A stretch of 64,000 nt of DNA, taken from positions 160,181-224,180 of the forward strand of contig SFGY01000001.1 in assembly GCA_004556455.1 (NCBI GenBank), in the 5' to 3' direction. A program made the position numbers and the translations under genes. Position 1 is the stretch's first letter, and each line of letters starts with the position of its first letter. The DNA comes from Clostridiales bacterium (GTDB lineage: Bacteria > Bacillota > Clostridia > Saccharofermentanales > DTU023). Below, piece after piece: positions 10,281 through 19,718 of the stretch. The notes under the pieces are model-generated. The model was not told the DNA's origin. It saw only the letters and a list, made by a program, of their open reading frames with translations, and made no database searches.

Positions 10281-13200
10281 ATGTACTTGAAGTCACTTGA
10301 AATCCAGGGGTTTAAGTCCTTTCCCGATCATATTGTCGTGGAATTTCATCCCGGTATCACAGCGATTGTCGGCCCCAATGGGAGCGGCAAAAGCAATGTG
10401 ACCGAGGCGGTGCGCTGGGTTCTTGGTGAACAGAGTGCACGTAATCTGCGCGGCAGCAAAATGGAAGATGTCATTTTTAATGGCAGCTCGGCACGTCGTC
10501 GCCTCTCCGGCGCGGAAGTCAGCATCCATTTTGATAATCGCGATCACAGTCTGCCTCTCGCCTACGATGAAGTGGTCATCACAAGACGCTATTTCCGCTC
10601 CGGTGAAAGTGAATACCTTATCAACAAGCTGCCCTGCCGCCTGAAAGATATCACTGAGCTTCTGGCAGATACGGGAATTGGCAAGGATGGCTATTCCATC
10701 ATTGGCCAGGGAAAAGTCGATGACATTCTCAGTGAGCGCTCTGAAGACCGCCGCCGCATTTTTGATGAAGCTGCGGGTATTGTCAAGTTTAAGATGCGCA
10801 AAGCCGATTCTGAGCGAAAACTCGAGCGCACCGGACAAAATCTGCTGCGCATTGATGATATTATCGGCGAACTTGAAGGTCGTCTCGAACCCCTTAAAAA
10901 ACAAGCGGAAGAGGCCAGGGTTTACGTCGAACTCTCGACCCGTGTCCGTGACCTTGATCTGGCCCTTAGCGCCGAGGGCATTCATCAGGCGGAGAAAAAA
11001 CTCGAAACCCTGAAGGCCACGACAGAAGATTTTGATGCTGAACTGGCCCAGATTGAAAAAGATAAGGCAGCCTTATATGCAGAGAGAGAGGCCCAGGAAC
11101 AACGGCATCATGCTGACGAAAAGCGTGAGGAAGAGCTGCGCCTCGCTTTTCTGGAAAAAAGTGCAGCCCTTTCGGAACTTAATGAGGAAACGGCCCTGGC
11201 GGGTGAACGCGATCGTGCGCGCCGGCAGCGCTTGCAGGAAATGGCTCAGCACAAGGCAGATGAAGAGGACAGTTACAGCGAACTGAGCGAAAAAATTGCC
11301 GATCGGGAACGTCATGCTGCCGAGCTGCGTGAAAAACGGGACCGCATTTCCGCGAACCTGAACACAAAGGAAAAAGAGCTGCAGGAGCAGGAGAAACAGT
11401 TGGACAGCCGCGAACTCAAGGAAGAGGAGCAGAAAAAAGCTCTGGATGCTGTTCGCGAAAAACTTTTCGAGGCGAACAGCCAGCTCTTCCGTCTGGATGG
11501 CGAAGCAGAGCAGGAAAGTGTTCGCGAGCAGGATGATAAGCTGCAGGCTGAACAGCTGGAAGAAGCCAAAGCAAGGGCTCTGGCACAAGTTAATGAGGTT
11601 GAAGCGGAGGAGAAGCAGAAGGCGGAAGCCTGTAGTCTTCTGAGGGAAGCTGAGAAAGCTGCCAGAAGCAGCGTTGATAAAGCAAAGTCAGATCTGCTGG
11701 AAGTGGAAACGGACCTGCGTCGTTTTGAGAGTGAGATCCGGCAAAAACAGTTTCTCCTGGATACTTTAAAGCAACTCGAAGAAAATCGTGAAGGCTACCA
11801 CCAGGCGGTTCGAGCGATCAGCCTTGAAGCTGAGAAAAAGCCTGATTTTGCTCAGGGACTGCTGGGACCTGTCGCCGAGCTTATTCGTGTAGAAAGCCGC
11901 TATGAAACCGCTGTGGAAACGGCTTTAGGACCCGCTTTGCACAATCTCGTCGTCGAAACAGCCGAACAGGCCTCGCGCTTTATCGCCTGGCTGAAAGAAA
12001 CCCGCTCGGGTCGGGAAACCTTCCTGCCTCTGGATAAAATTGAAAAGCGTCAGCTCAATCCAGGAGAAGTCGGAGCCATTTCACATAACCGTGGATATAT
12101 GGGCACGCTGGATGAATTTATTGAGGCTCCCGCTGAGCTTACTGAACTGCTGGCCTTTCTTGGCGGCCGCATTGTCCTTGCCGATCATCTGCAAAATGCC
12201 CTGGCAATTTCACAGCTCTGTCAGAAACGCCTGCGCGTAGTCACACTGGAGGGCGATCTTGTTAATCCCGGCGGCTCAATGACCGGCGGCAGAAATAAAA
12301 AAGGACTTTCCGGCCTGCTCAGCCGTTCTCGGGAAATTGATCAGACGAGCAGGGATTTGGCCGATTTGGAGCTTAAGCTCAAGGCCTGTCAGCAGCAAAA
12401 AGAAGAGACGACAGCGCTGCTTCTGAATGAAGGACAGAAACAGGAAGATTTGCAGGTCAGGCTTCGTGCAGCCGAGCAGGAACTCTCTGTCCTTAAAGAG
12501 CGTCTGAGCCAGCTAAGGCTTAAAGTGGAAGAGCAGACGCCTGCAGCAGAGGCTCTGCACAGCCGCCTGGAAGAGTATGCTGTCCACAGAAAGGACAGAG
12601 CCTTAAGAAAAAACGAACTCCTCTCTTTGATCGCGGAAGCTCAGGAGCGGCAAAGTGCACTGCAGGCAGAGCTTGAGCGTAATGAGGATGAACGCGGCGT
12701 CTATCGCAGAGAACGCGATCAGCTGCGTGAAAATGTTGCCGATCTTCGCGTCAGTCTGGGCGCCATCGAAGAATCTTTAAATGGGGTCGTGCGCTTAAAA
12801 GAACAGCTGGAATCCGATGTGGCCAGACGTGAAGCTGAACGGAGCGCCAGAGCGGAGGAAAAAGAGCGTCTGGAAAAGGAACTTCTTGATTCCCGTGAAG
12901 CTGAAAAAGAGCGACAGTCCCGGGAAAAGAATCTGCGTGAAGCGGTAGCAGCTCTGGAAAATGATCGCCAAACTCTGATGGATGAACGCCTCTCCCGGCG
13001 TGATCAGGAATCAGAGCTTTTTACTCGCCTGGAGGATCTTGCCTCCCGCGAGGCCGATCGAAGCAGCAGACGTGAACACAGTCTTCTGGAAGCCGAACAG
13101 CTCGATGAAAAACTGCGAGAAGAAAAAAATCGGCTCTGGGAAAGCTATGGACTCAGTTACCATCAGGTCGAAGCGACGGCCATGGAGTTGGAGGACAGTG

Positions 13201-13862
13201 CCAGGGCGGCTCGCGAACTGAAAGGCCTGCGCAATAAAATCCGCGCTCTTCCGGCCATCAACCACTCTGCGCCGGAAGATTACGAACGGGAAAAAGCCCG
13301 CTATGACTTTATGCAGGCTCAGCGCGCCGATATCGAAAAGAGCAGGAAACAACTGACCCTAGTCATTCAAGAGCTGGAAGAAGCCATGCGCAGTCAGTTC
13401 TCGCAAAAGTTTGAGTCCATCAACCGGGAGTTTCAAAAGAGTTTTGCCGCCCTTTTTGAGGGTGGAAGCGCAGAACTTCTCATCGGTGAAGGCGATCTGC
13501 TCGACTGTCCCATAGAGATTAAGGCACAGCCTCCGGGCAAGCGCCTTCAGAACCTCACCCTTTTATCCGGCGGCGAAAGGGCTCTCACGGCCATCGCTCT
13601 GCTTTTTGCTATTTTCGCCCTGCGTCCGGCGCCTTTCTGTATACTGGATGAGGTGGAATCAGCCCTGGATGACAGCAATGTCATTCGCTTTACAGATTAC
13701 ATTCGCCATTACAGCGAGGATACCCAGTTCATCCTTGTGACTCATCGCAAGGGGACGATGGAAGCTGCCGAACGCCTCTATGGCGTCACCATGAAAGAAC
13801 GCGGTGTCTCCAGCCTGCTGTCAATCAGCCTGGAAGATGCCTCTCTGCAGGAAAAAAACTGA
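10281..13862 (+). CDS. smc: Chromosome partition protein SMC
   Basis: 1193 aa. Walker A GPNGSGKSN, long coiled coils, a hinge around 11.9-12.3 kb, the signature LSGGERALTAIALLFA and Walker B FCILDEVESALD. Confidence 0.97.
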   Translation: MYLKSLEIQGFKSFPDHIVVEFHPGITAIVGPNGSGKSNVTEAVRWVLGEQSARNLRGSKMEDVIFNGSSARRRLSGAEVSIHFDNRDHSLPLAYDEVVITRRYFRSGESEYLINKLPCRLKDITELLADTGIGKDGYSIIGQGKVDDILSERSEDRRRIFDEAAGIVKFKMRKADSERKLERTGQNLLRIDDIIGELEGRLEPLKKQAEEARVYVELSTRVRDLDLALSAEGIHQAEKKLETLKATTEDFDAELAQIEKDKAALYAEREAQEQRHHADEKREEELRLAFLEKSAALSELNEETALAGERDRARRQRLQEMAQHKADEEDSYSELSEKIADRERHAAELREKRDRISANLNTKEKELQEQEKQLDSRELKEEEQKKALDAVREKLFEANSQLFRLDGEAEQESVREQDDKLQAEQLEEAKARALAQVNEVEAEEKQKAEACSLLREAEKAARSSVDKAKSDLLEVETDLRRFESEIRQKQFLLDTLKQLEENREGYHQAVRAISLEAEKKPDFAQGLLGPVAELIRVESRYETAVETALGPALHNLVVETAEQASRFIAWLKETRSGRETFLPLDKIEKRQLNPGEVGAISHNRGYMGTLDEFIEAPAELTELLAFLGGRIVLADHLQNALAISQLCQKRLRVVTLEGDLVNPGGSMTGGRNKKGLSGLLSRSREIDQTSRDLADLELKLKACQQQKEETTALLLNEGQKQEDLQVRLRAAEQELSVLKERLSQLRLKVEEQTPAAEALHSRLEEYAVHRKDRALRKNELLSLIAEAQERQSALQAELERNEDERGVYRRERDQLRENVADLRVSLGAIEESLNGVVRLKEQLESDVARREAERSARAEEKERLEKELLDSREAEKERQSREKNLREAVAALENDRQTLMDERLSRRDQESELFTRLEDLASREADRSSRREHSLLEAEQLDEKLREEKNRLWESYGLSYHQVEATAMELEDSARAARELKGLRNKIRALPAINHSAPEDYEREKARYDFMQAQRADIEKSRKQLTLVIQELEEAMRSQFSQKFESINREFQKSFAALFEGGSAELLIGEGDLLDCPIEIKAQPPGKRLQNLTLLSGGERALTAIALLFAIFALRPAPFCILDEVESALDDSNVIRFTDYIRHYSEDTQFILVTHRKGTMEAAERLYGVTMKERGVSSLLSISLEDASLQEKN

Positions 13863-13936
13863 GAACAGATTGGCCAGACACACTCCCTGTGCGGGACTAA
13901 GAGAACTGCCGATGATCAGGATGTTCAGGAGGATAT

Positions 13937-14866
13937 ATGGGAATATTTTCCAAATTTAAAGATGGACTGAAAAAAACCCGTGACTTTGTCAGCCGCAAAA
14001 TGACCAGCATGGCAGCTGGGATGGGTCGTTTTGATGAAGACATGCTGGATGAGCTTGAAATGACTCTGATTCAGGCTGATGTCGGCATGGATGCGACAAG
14101 CTTTCTCATCGACGGCCTGAAAGACGAAATCAGGAAGAGCGGGGATAACAGCAGCGAACACGTTTTTAAGACGCTCAGAGAGAAAATGCTGGAGATTCTT
14201 GGCCCTCGCAAAAATTTTGAACTTGAAGAAGGCAAGCTCAATATACTCCTCATGGTGGGGGTCAACGGAACAGGAAAGACCACGACCTGCGGCAAGCTTG
14301 CCAAACGCTATCAGGAAGAAGGGAAGTCTCCTGTCATTGCAGCTGCTGACACCTTCCGCGCTGCTGCAATAGAACAGCTCCAGGTTTGGGGCGAGCGCTC
14401 CTCCTGCCCGGTCATTGCCAACAAGGAGGGGGGAGATCCCGCCGCCGTGGTCTATGATGCTGTCCATGCCGCGCTTTCACGTCAGGCTGATGTACTTCTC
14501 GTGGATACAGCCGGCCGCCTGCACAACAAGCAGAACCTCATGGATGAACTTTCTAAAATTCGTCGTATTCTCCTCAGAGAAGCTCCCGAAGCACATCTGG
14601 AAACCCTGCTTGTGATTGATGCAACGACCGGTCAGAACGCGCTTGTCCAGGCTAAAGCCTTTAACGAAGCGACCCCGGTTGACGGCTTAATCCTGACCAA
14701 GCTCGACGGCAATGCCAAAGGAGGCGTGGCGCTCGCCGTCGTCAGAGAATCGTCTCTGCCCCTTTATTTCGTGGGACTGGGTGAGGGCATAGACGATCTC
14801 CAGGATTTCGACCCGAATTTTTACGTGAACTCTCTTCTCCCGGAAAATCTCGAAGAAGAGGCGTAA
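13937..14866 (+). CDS. ftsY: Signal recognition particle receptor FtsY
   Basis: SRP-GTPase motifs GVNGTGKTTT, DTAGR and TKLDGNAKGG. The gene order is smc-ftsY. Confidence 0.95.
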   Translation: MGIFSKFKDGLKKTRDFVSRKMTSMAAGMGRFDEDMLDELEMTLIQADVGMDATSFLIDGLKDEIRKSGDNSSEHVFKTLREKMLEILGPRKNFELEEGKLNILLMVGVNGTGKTTTCGKLAKRYQEEGKSPVIAAADTFRAAAIEQLQVWGERSSCPVIANKEGGDPAAVVYDAVHAALSRQADVLLVDTAGRLHNKQNLMDELSKIRRILLREAPEAHLETLLVIDATTGQNALVQAKAFNEATPVDGLILTKLDGNAKGGVALAVVRESSLPLYFVGLGEGIDDLQDFDPNFYVNSLLPENLEEEA

Positions 14867-15000
14867 GGAGGAACGTCCCGAAGAAACTCTGACGCCTTGA
14901 GGATTGAAAAGTACAGATTTAGGAATCATGGCGGGAACCAAGTCAACGCTGTAAAGTAAAATGCTTGACAGGCTTCAGGGCAGCTGTTATTCTTCCTGAG

Positions 15001-15339
15001 ATGGCGATTGATCTCAGACAGCTAGCGACACATACAGAGGCTGCATGCCTTTTTGACAGCTATGGCAAACTGCTCACGGAACGTCAGCAGGCCATTTTTC
15101 ATCTGAGCTTTGATGAAGACTTTACTTTGGCTGAAGTGGCCGAAACTCTGGGGATCAGCCGTCAGGCGGTTCATGAAAATCTGCGCAAAGGCTATGAGCG
15201 CCTCGAAGAAATAGATCGTAAGTTAGAGCTGATAAGCAGAAATAAACTGCTGGTTCAGAAGTTGAGAGAAGCCCGGGAGGCAGCTCCGGAAGAGAATAAA
15301 AGGATTATCTCTGAACTTCTGACCATGCTGGAGGCCTGA
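15001..15339 (+). CDS. ylxM: UPF0122/YlxM helix-turn-helix protein (SRP operon)
   Basis: LFDSYGKLLTERQQAIFHLSFDEDFTLAEVAETLGISRQAVHENLRKG matches the YlxM family, and it sits immediately upstream of ffh. The ORF-track start at 14965 is the TTG of a TTGACA box. ATG 15001 is preferred but lacks an obvious SD. Confidence 0.8.
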   Translation: MAIDLRQLATHTEAACLFDSYGKLLTERQQAIFHLSFDEDFTLAEVAETLGISRQAVHENLRKGYERLEEIDRKLELISRNKLLVQKLREAREAAPEENKRIISELLTMLEA

Positions 15340-15504
15340 AAGTCTTTGGACAGGCGGTTCTTGCACCATTGTTCACAGCCAGTCGCGCTTCAGTCGAAGC
15401 ACAAAAGCTGATGAAAAAGCAAGCTTCCAGAGATTGAATAAATTGCGACTAAGCTCTCGGCCTGCGGGCTGAAGAGACTCAGACTGATGATGAAAGGAGC
15501 CTGT

Positions 15505-16851
15505 ATGGCGATGTTTTCTGCCCTGAGCGATAAGCTTCAGGCGATCACCGACCGTATGAAGGGCAAAGCCCGCATCGGCGAAAAAGATCTCAAAGAGATG
15601 ATGCGTGAAATCCGACTGGCTCTGTTGGAAGCGGATGTCAACTATCAGGTGGTCAAGAGCTTCACCTCGTCCATCAGCGAGCGCTGCAAAGGCTCTAAGG
15701 TTATGCAAAGTCTGACCCCTGGCCAGCAGGTGGTCAAAATCGTCAATGAGGAACTCATCAATATTCTGGGTGGCGGCGAAAGTAAAATTGCTGTTTCTCC
15801 CAGCGGTTTCACGGTGATTATGCTCTATGGCCTACAGGGCGCCGGTAAAACCACGACGGCGGCAAAACTGGCCCGCAGTCTCAAAGAAAAGGGCAAAAAA
15901 CCCATGCTCGTTTCGGTGGACGTTCATCGCCCGGCCGCTCAGGAACAGCTCAAGGTTCTGGCGGAGCAGATTGATGTTCCCGTTTATATCGATCCAGAAG
16001 AAAAATCGGCCGCCAAAATAGCCCGGGACGGCGAAGCCCGTGCCCGCTATCTTTTGCTTGATACCTTAATCGTCGATACCGCCGGCCGCATGACCATTGA
16101 TGATGAACTCATGACTGAGCTGGAAGAAATTGCTGAGGCGGTCAAGCCTACAGAGAAGCTTCTGGTTGTCGACGCCATGATCGGTCAGGAAGCCGTCAAT
16201 GTGGCCCTGGAATTTGATAAGCGCATCGGCCTCGATGGTTTTATCATGACCAAATTAGACGGTGATGCCCGCGGCGGCGCGGCGCTCTCTATCCGGCAGA
16301 TGACGGGCAAGCCCATTAAAATGATTGCGACAGGTGAGAAGCTTGATGCTTTTGAGAGCTTTAAGCCGGAGCGTATGGCCTCGCGTATTCTGGGCATGGG
16401 CGATGTCCTCAGTCTGATCGAAAAAGCCCAGCAGAACCTGGATCAGGAAAAAGCTGAAAAAACCATGCGTCGCCTGCAGAAAAATCAGTTCACCCTGCAG
16501 GACCTGCTGGATCAGTTTGAGCAGATGAAAAAAATGGGGTCGATGGAGGACATGCTCTCCATGGTCCCGGGAGCTAATAAAATCGATACTTCACAGCTCG
16601 ATCCTAAACAGTTTGATCGTTTTGCCGCCATCATACGCTCCATGACACCTTACGAACGCGATCACTATAAAGTGCTCGATGCTTCAAGGCGAAAACGCAT
16701 CGCTCAAGGTTCCGGAACTACGGTCCAGGAAGTCAATCGGGTCGTCCGGCAATATGAAGACATGCAAAAGATGATGAAAAAATTTGGTGGGATGTTCAGG
16801 GGAAAGAAAGGTTCGTTCAACCGCCTGTTTGGCGGAAAACTTCCTTTCTAG
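15505..16851 (+). CDS. ffh: Signal recognition particle protein Ffh
   Basis: MFSALSDKLQ..., GLQGAGKTTT, DTAGR, TKLDGDARGG and a Met-rich M domain. AAAGGAG at 15493-15499 lies 5 nt before ATG 15505. Confidence 0.97.
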   Translation: MAMFSALSDKLQAITDRMKGKARIGEKDLKEMMREIRLALLEADVNYQVVKSFTSSISERCKGSKVMQSLTPGQQVVKIVNEELINILGGGESKIAVSPSGFTVIMLYGLQGAGKTTTAAKLARSLKEKGKKPMLVSVDVHRPAAQEQLKVLAEQIDVPVYIDPEEKSAAKIARDGEARARYLLLDTLIVDTAGRMTIDDELMTELEEIAEAVKPTEKLLVVDAMIGQEAVNVALEFDKRIGLDGFIMTKLDGDARGGAALSIRQMTGKPIKMIATGEKLDAFESFKPERMASRILGMGDVLSLIEKAQQNLDQEKAEKTMRRLQKNQFTLQDLLDQFEQMKKMGSMEDMLSMVPGANKIDTSQLDPKQFDRFAAIIRSMTPYERDHYKVLDASRRKRIAQGSGTTVQEVNRVVRQYEDMQKMMKKFGGMFRGKKGSFNRLFGGKLPF

Positions 16852-16903
16852 ACCTGTTCACAAATATATTAATATTAATAACACATTCAGGAGGAACTGA
16901 AAA

Positions 16904-17149
16904 ATGGCAGTCAAAATTCGTTTAAAACGTGTGGGAATGAAGAAACAGCCCTATTACCGCGTGGTCGTCGCCGACTCCCGCTATCCCAGAGATGGTCGCA
17001 ACATTGAAGAAATCGGCAATTACACCCCTGGTACCGATCCCGCAAGCATCAATATCGACATTGAAAAAGCCAAAGAATGGATGAAGAAAGGCGCTCAGCC
17101 CACCGAAACCGTGCGTGCCCTGCTTAAAAAAGCCGGCGCTCTTGAATAA
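16904..17149 (+). CDS. rpsP: 30S ribosomal protein S16
   Basis: [37 protein letters not shown]. Confidence 0.97.
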   Translation: MAVKIRLKRVGMKKQPYYRVVVADSRYPRDGRNIEEIGNYTPGTDPASINIDIEKAKEWMKKGAQPTETVRALLKKAGALE

Positions 17150-17160
17150 GAGGCCCGGGT

Positions 17161-17391
17161 ATGGAAGAACTCTTAAAAACCCTGGTCGAGCCTCTGGTTG
17201 AACATCCTGAGGATATCGAGATCAACTGCAGCCAGAGCCGTTCCGCTACAGTCCTCGAGCTTCGCGTTAATCCCGAGGATATGGGCCGTGTCATTGGCCG
17301 CGGCGGACGCCGTGCACAGGCCATAAGGTCCATCATGAAGGCCAAAGGCAACACTCTTGGCGAACGCATTTTAGTCGATATCGTCGAATAA
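17161..17391 (+). CDS. khpA: KH-domain RNA-binding protein (YlqC/KhpA)
   Basis: 76 aa with the KH GXXG motif (VIGRGGRRAQAIRSI). It holds the conserved position between rpsP and rimM. Confidence 0.85.
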   Translation: MEELLKTLVEPLVEHPEDIEINCSQSRSATVLELRVNPEDMGRVIGRGGRRAQAIRSIMKAKGNTLGERILVDIVE

Positions 17392-17418
17392 CAAGAGCAC
17401 TTGGGGAGACTTTAACTT

Positions 17419-17976
17419 ATGCGTGAAAGACTCATCTGCGGTAAACTTCTCAAAGCCCGCGGACTTAAAGGTGAAATCGCAGTCCGCGCCTCTGCAGATG
17501 AGCCTGAACGCTTTCTTTCTCTGCGTACCTGCCGTGCTGAAACCGAAGAGGGTGAATGTGTGCGTGAACTTCGTATCGTTCACGCCTCACTCAGCGGCAA
17601 TCAGGTTTTTTTGCGCTTTGACGGAATCAACAGTCGGGAAGAAGCGGAAAAGCTGACAGGACTCTACCTGTCAATCCCCCGTGAACTTGCCCTTCCCTTA
17701 GGGGAAAACAGCTGGTATAGCTGTGATCTTGAGGGCAGCCGCGTGGTCGATCGACAACGTGGCCTGCTTGGCACAGTGGCTGAGATTAGTTCCAACGGTG
17801 TGCAGGATTTGCTGCGTGTCTGCAAAAATGGTGAGCCGGATATTTATATCCCCGTCCTCCGCAGGATTCTGAAGCGTGTGGATATCGCTGCAGGTACGCT
17901 GGAGCTGGAATTACCGGATGGTCTCTACGAAGTTTATCGTGAAGTTCAAGAAGAAAAAACAGCGCGTGAAGTCTGA
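17419..17976 (+). CDS. rimM: 16S rRNA processing protein RimM
   Basis: GKLLKARGLKGEI N-terminus and a PRC-barrel C-terminus, in the rpsP-khpA-rimM-trmD order. Confidence 0.9.
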   Translation: MRERLICGKLLKARGLKGEIAVRASADEPERFLSLRTCRAETEEGECVRELRIVHASLSGNQVFLRFDGINSREEAEKLTGLYLSIPRELALPLGENSWYSCDLEGSRVVDRQRGLLGTVAEISSNGVQDLLRVCKNGEPDIYIPVLRRILKRVDIAAGTLELELPDGLYEVYREVQEEKTAREV

Positions 17977-18190
17977 CTGCTCAGGCTTTCTTGTCTTCCT
18001 TTCAGGCTCATAGTCCATGACAGCTCTGTTTTCTGTGTTTGTCACTCTACTTAAAAACTCGCTTTTTCATCTGAACGACATGGTTTTACAGACGTTAAAT
18101 GACCGGTAAACGGTGGATGAATAACAGCGCAGCAGAGCCGTTTTAATTTAGCACTTAATGTTTCATTGTTTTTCTAAAGAGGTCTGCTCA

Positions 18191-19003
18191 TTGAAACGCT
18201 TCACCTGTCTTAGCTTATTCCCGGAAATCATTAGAGCTTCCGCTCTTTCTTCAATCGGCGGCAGAGCAGTCGAACGCGGGCTTTATGAGCTCGAGTTTAT
18301 TCAGATCCGTGACTTTGCGGTGAACGAGTATGGAAAAGTCGACGATGCCCTCTATGGGGGTGGTGTCGGCATGCTAATGATGGCTGAACCTGTTTTTCAG
18401 AGCGTGACCAAAGCAAAGGATGATTTCCGTCAGATCCATGGTGAAGGCCGTGAAAAGCTGATTTATCTCTCCCCGCGCGGACGCGTACTGGATCAGCAGA
18501 AGGCCAGGGAACTCTCGGAACTTGACCATCTGATCTTGCTCTGCGGCCATTATGAGGGCGTCGATCAGCGCGTGCTGGATGAATGTGAGGCGGAAGAGCT
18601 TTCCATCGGAGACTATGTGCTGACTGGCGGGGAACTGGCCGCGGCCGTCCTCATCGATGTCATCTCCCGCATGCTTCCCGGAGTGCTGCCTTCAGACGAA
18701 GCCTGGCAGAAGGAAAGCATTGCTTCCGGCCTGCTGGAAGAGCCTCAGTACACCCGCCCCGCTGAGTGGAGGGGCAGAGCCGTTCCTGAGCTGCTCCTGT
18801 CCGGCCACGCCGCCCGCATCGAAGCCTGGCGCCAGCACGCTGCCCTTGATCTCACGTTGGAAAGGCGTCCTGAGCTGCTGACGAAGCTTCCCATGACCCA
18901 TGAAGAGATCAAAGCCTGGTTGGAGGCCAGAGAGCAGAAAACGAAGGCTTCTCTGCCTCTGCTGCCCGGAGAGCAGATGAAAAAGGGAGAAAAAGCCAAT
19001 TAA
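18191..19003 (+). CDS. trmD: tRNA (guanine37-N1)-methyltransferase TrmD
   Basis: LSLFPEII..., YGGGVGMLMM, LLCGHYEGVDQRV, SIGDYVLTGGE and LEEPQYTRP. AAAGAGG at 18176-18182 lies 8 nt before in-frame TTG 18191. The ORF-track ATG at 18158 adds 11 non-conserved residues. Confidence 0.93.
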   Translation: MKRFTCLSLFPEIIRASALSSIGGRAVERGLYELEFIQIRDFAVNEYGKVDDALYGGGVGMLMMAEPVFQSVTKAKDDFRQIHGEGREKLIYLSPRGRVLDQQKARELSELDHLILLCGHYEGVDQRVLDECEAEELSIGDYVLTGGELAAAVLIDVISRMLPGVLPSDEAWQKESIASGLLEEPQYTRPAEWRGRAVPELLLSGHAARIEAWRQHAALDLTLERRPELLTKLPMTHEEIKAWLEAREQKTKASLPLLPGEQMKKGEKAN

Positions 19004-19024
19004 CAAGAGAATTGACCTGTTTTC

Positions 19025-19053
19025 TTGACAAAATCTTAAGGTACAGATATGAT
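19025..19053 (+). promoter_or_regulatory. Candidate sigma-A promoter of rplS (TTGACA-17 nt-TATGAT), followed by a ~70-nt leader
   Basis: TTGACA at 19025-19030, a 17-nt spacer, and TATGAT at 19048-19053. The leader spans 19054-19126 and ends in GGAAGGAGG. Confidence 0.5.
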
Positions 19054-19126
19054 TGTTAGGTCAAAAAGGGGTGGTCCGCTGCAATTGCGTGTATGAACAC
19101 CTGTCAAGGGAAGGAGGATACGCAAT

Positions 19127-19483
19127 ATGGACATTGTTAAAGCCGTTGAACAGGAATACCTGAAGAACGATTATAAAAATGTGGATATCGGCGATTATGT
19201 GCGCGCCCATCTGATGATAAAAGAAGGCGACCGCAGCCGTATTCAGGTTTTTGAAGGGACCGTAATCGGCCGTCGCGGAGCCGGACTCAATGAATCGATC
19301 ACGATTCGTCGTCTGAGCTATGGCGTCGGTGTCGAACGTGTACTGCCCGTCCATTCGCCCCGTATCGACAAAATCGAGATCGTGCGCAAAGGTCGTGTGC
19401 GTCGTGCCAAACTTTATTATCTGCGCGATCGTGTGGGGAAGAGCGCCAAAGTGCGCGAAAAACTGGCTGCCAAAAAAGACTGA
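19127..19483 (+). CDS. rplS: 50S ribosomal protein L19
   Basis: [62 protein letters not shown]. Confidence 0.97.
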   Translation: MDIVKAVEQEYLKNDYKNVDIGDYVRAHLMIKEGDRSRIQVFEGTVIGRRGAGLNESITIRRLSYGVGVERVLPVHSPRIDKIEIVRKGRVRRAKLYYLRDRVGKSAKVREKLAAKKD

Positions 19484-19508
19484 GAGCAGACTGTTTCGGA
19501 TCAAAAAG

Positions 19509-19533
19509 AAAGGAGAGCTTCGGCTCTCCTTTT
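19509..19533 (+). terminator. Rho-independent terminator after rplS
   Basis: AAAGGAGAGC-TTCG-GCTCTCCTTT forms a 10-bp stem with a tetraloop, followed by T residues. Confidence 0.8.
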
Positions 19534-19718
19534 ATGTTACCCATTTATCACGTTGATCACTTGAATTTTCTCACTATTACTTAGCTCCCAAGAATAAGCG
19601 CCTGGGTCTTTTTAGAGTTCGACGTTCTTCTTTATCTCTGTGTTTAATCAACAAACTAATAGTAGTATACTTATTTCATAAATTCTATTATATATAAATT
19701 AGAATAGGAGGATCGAAT

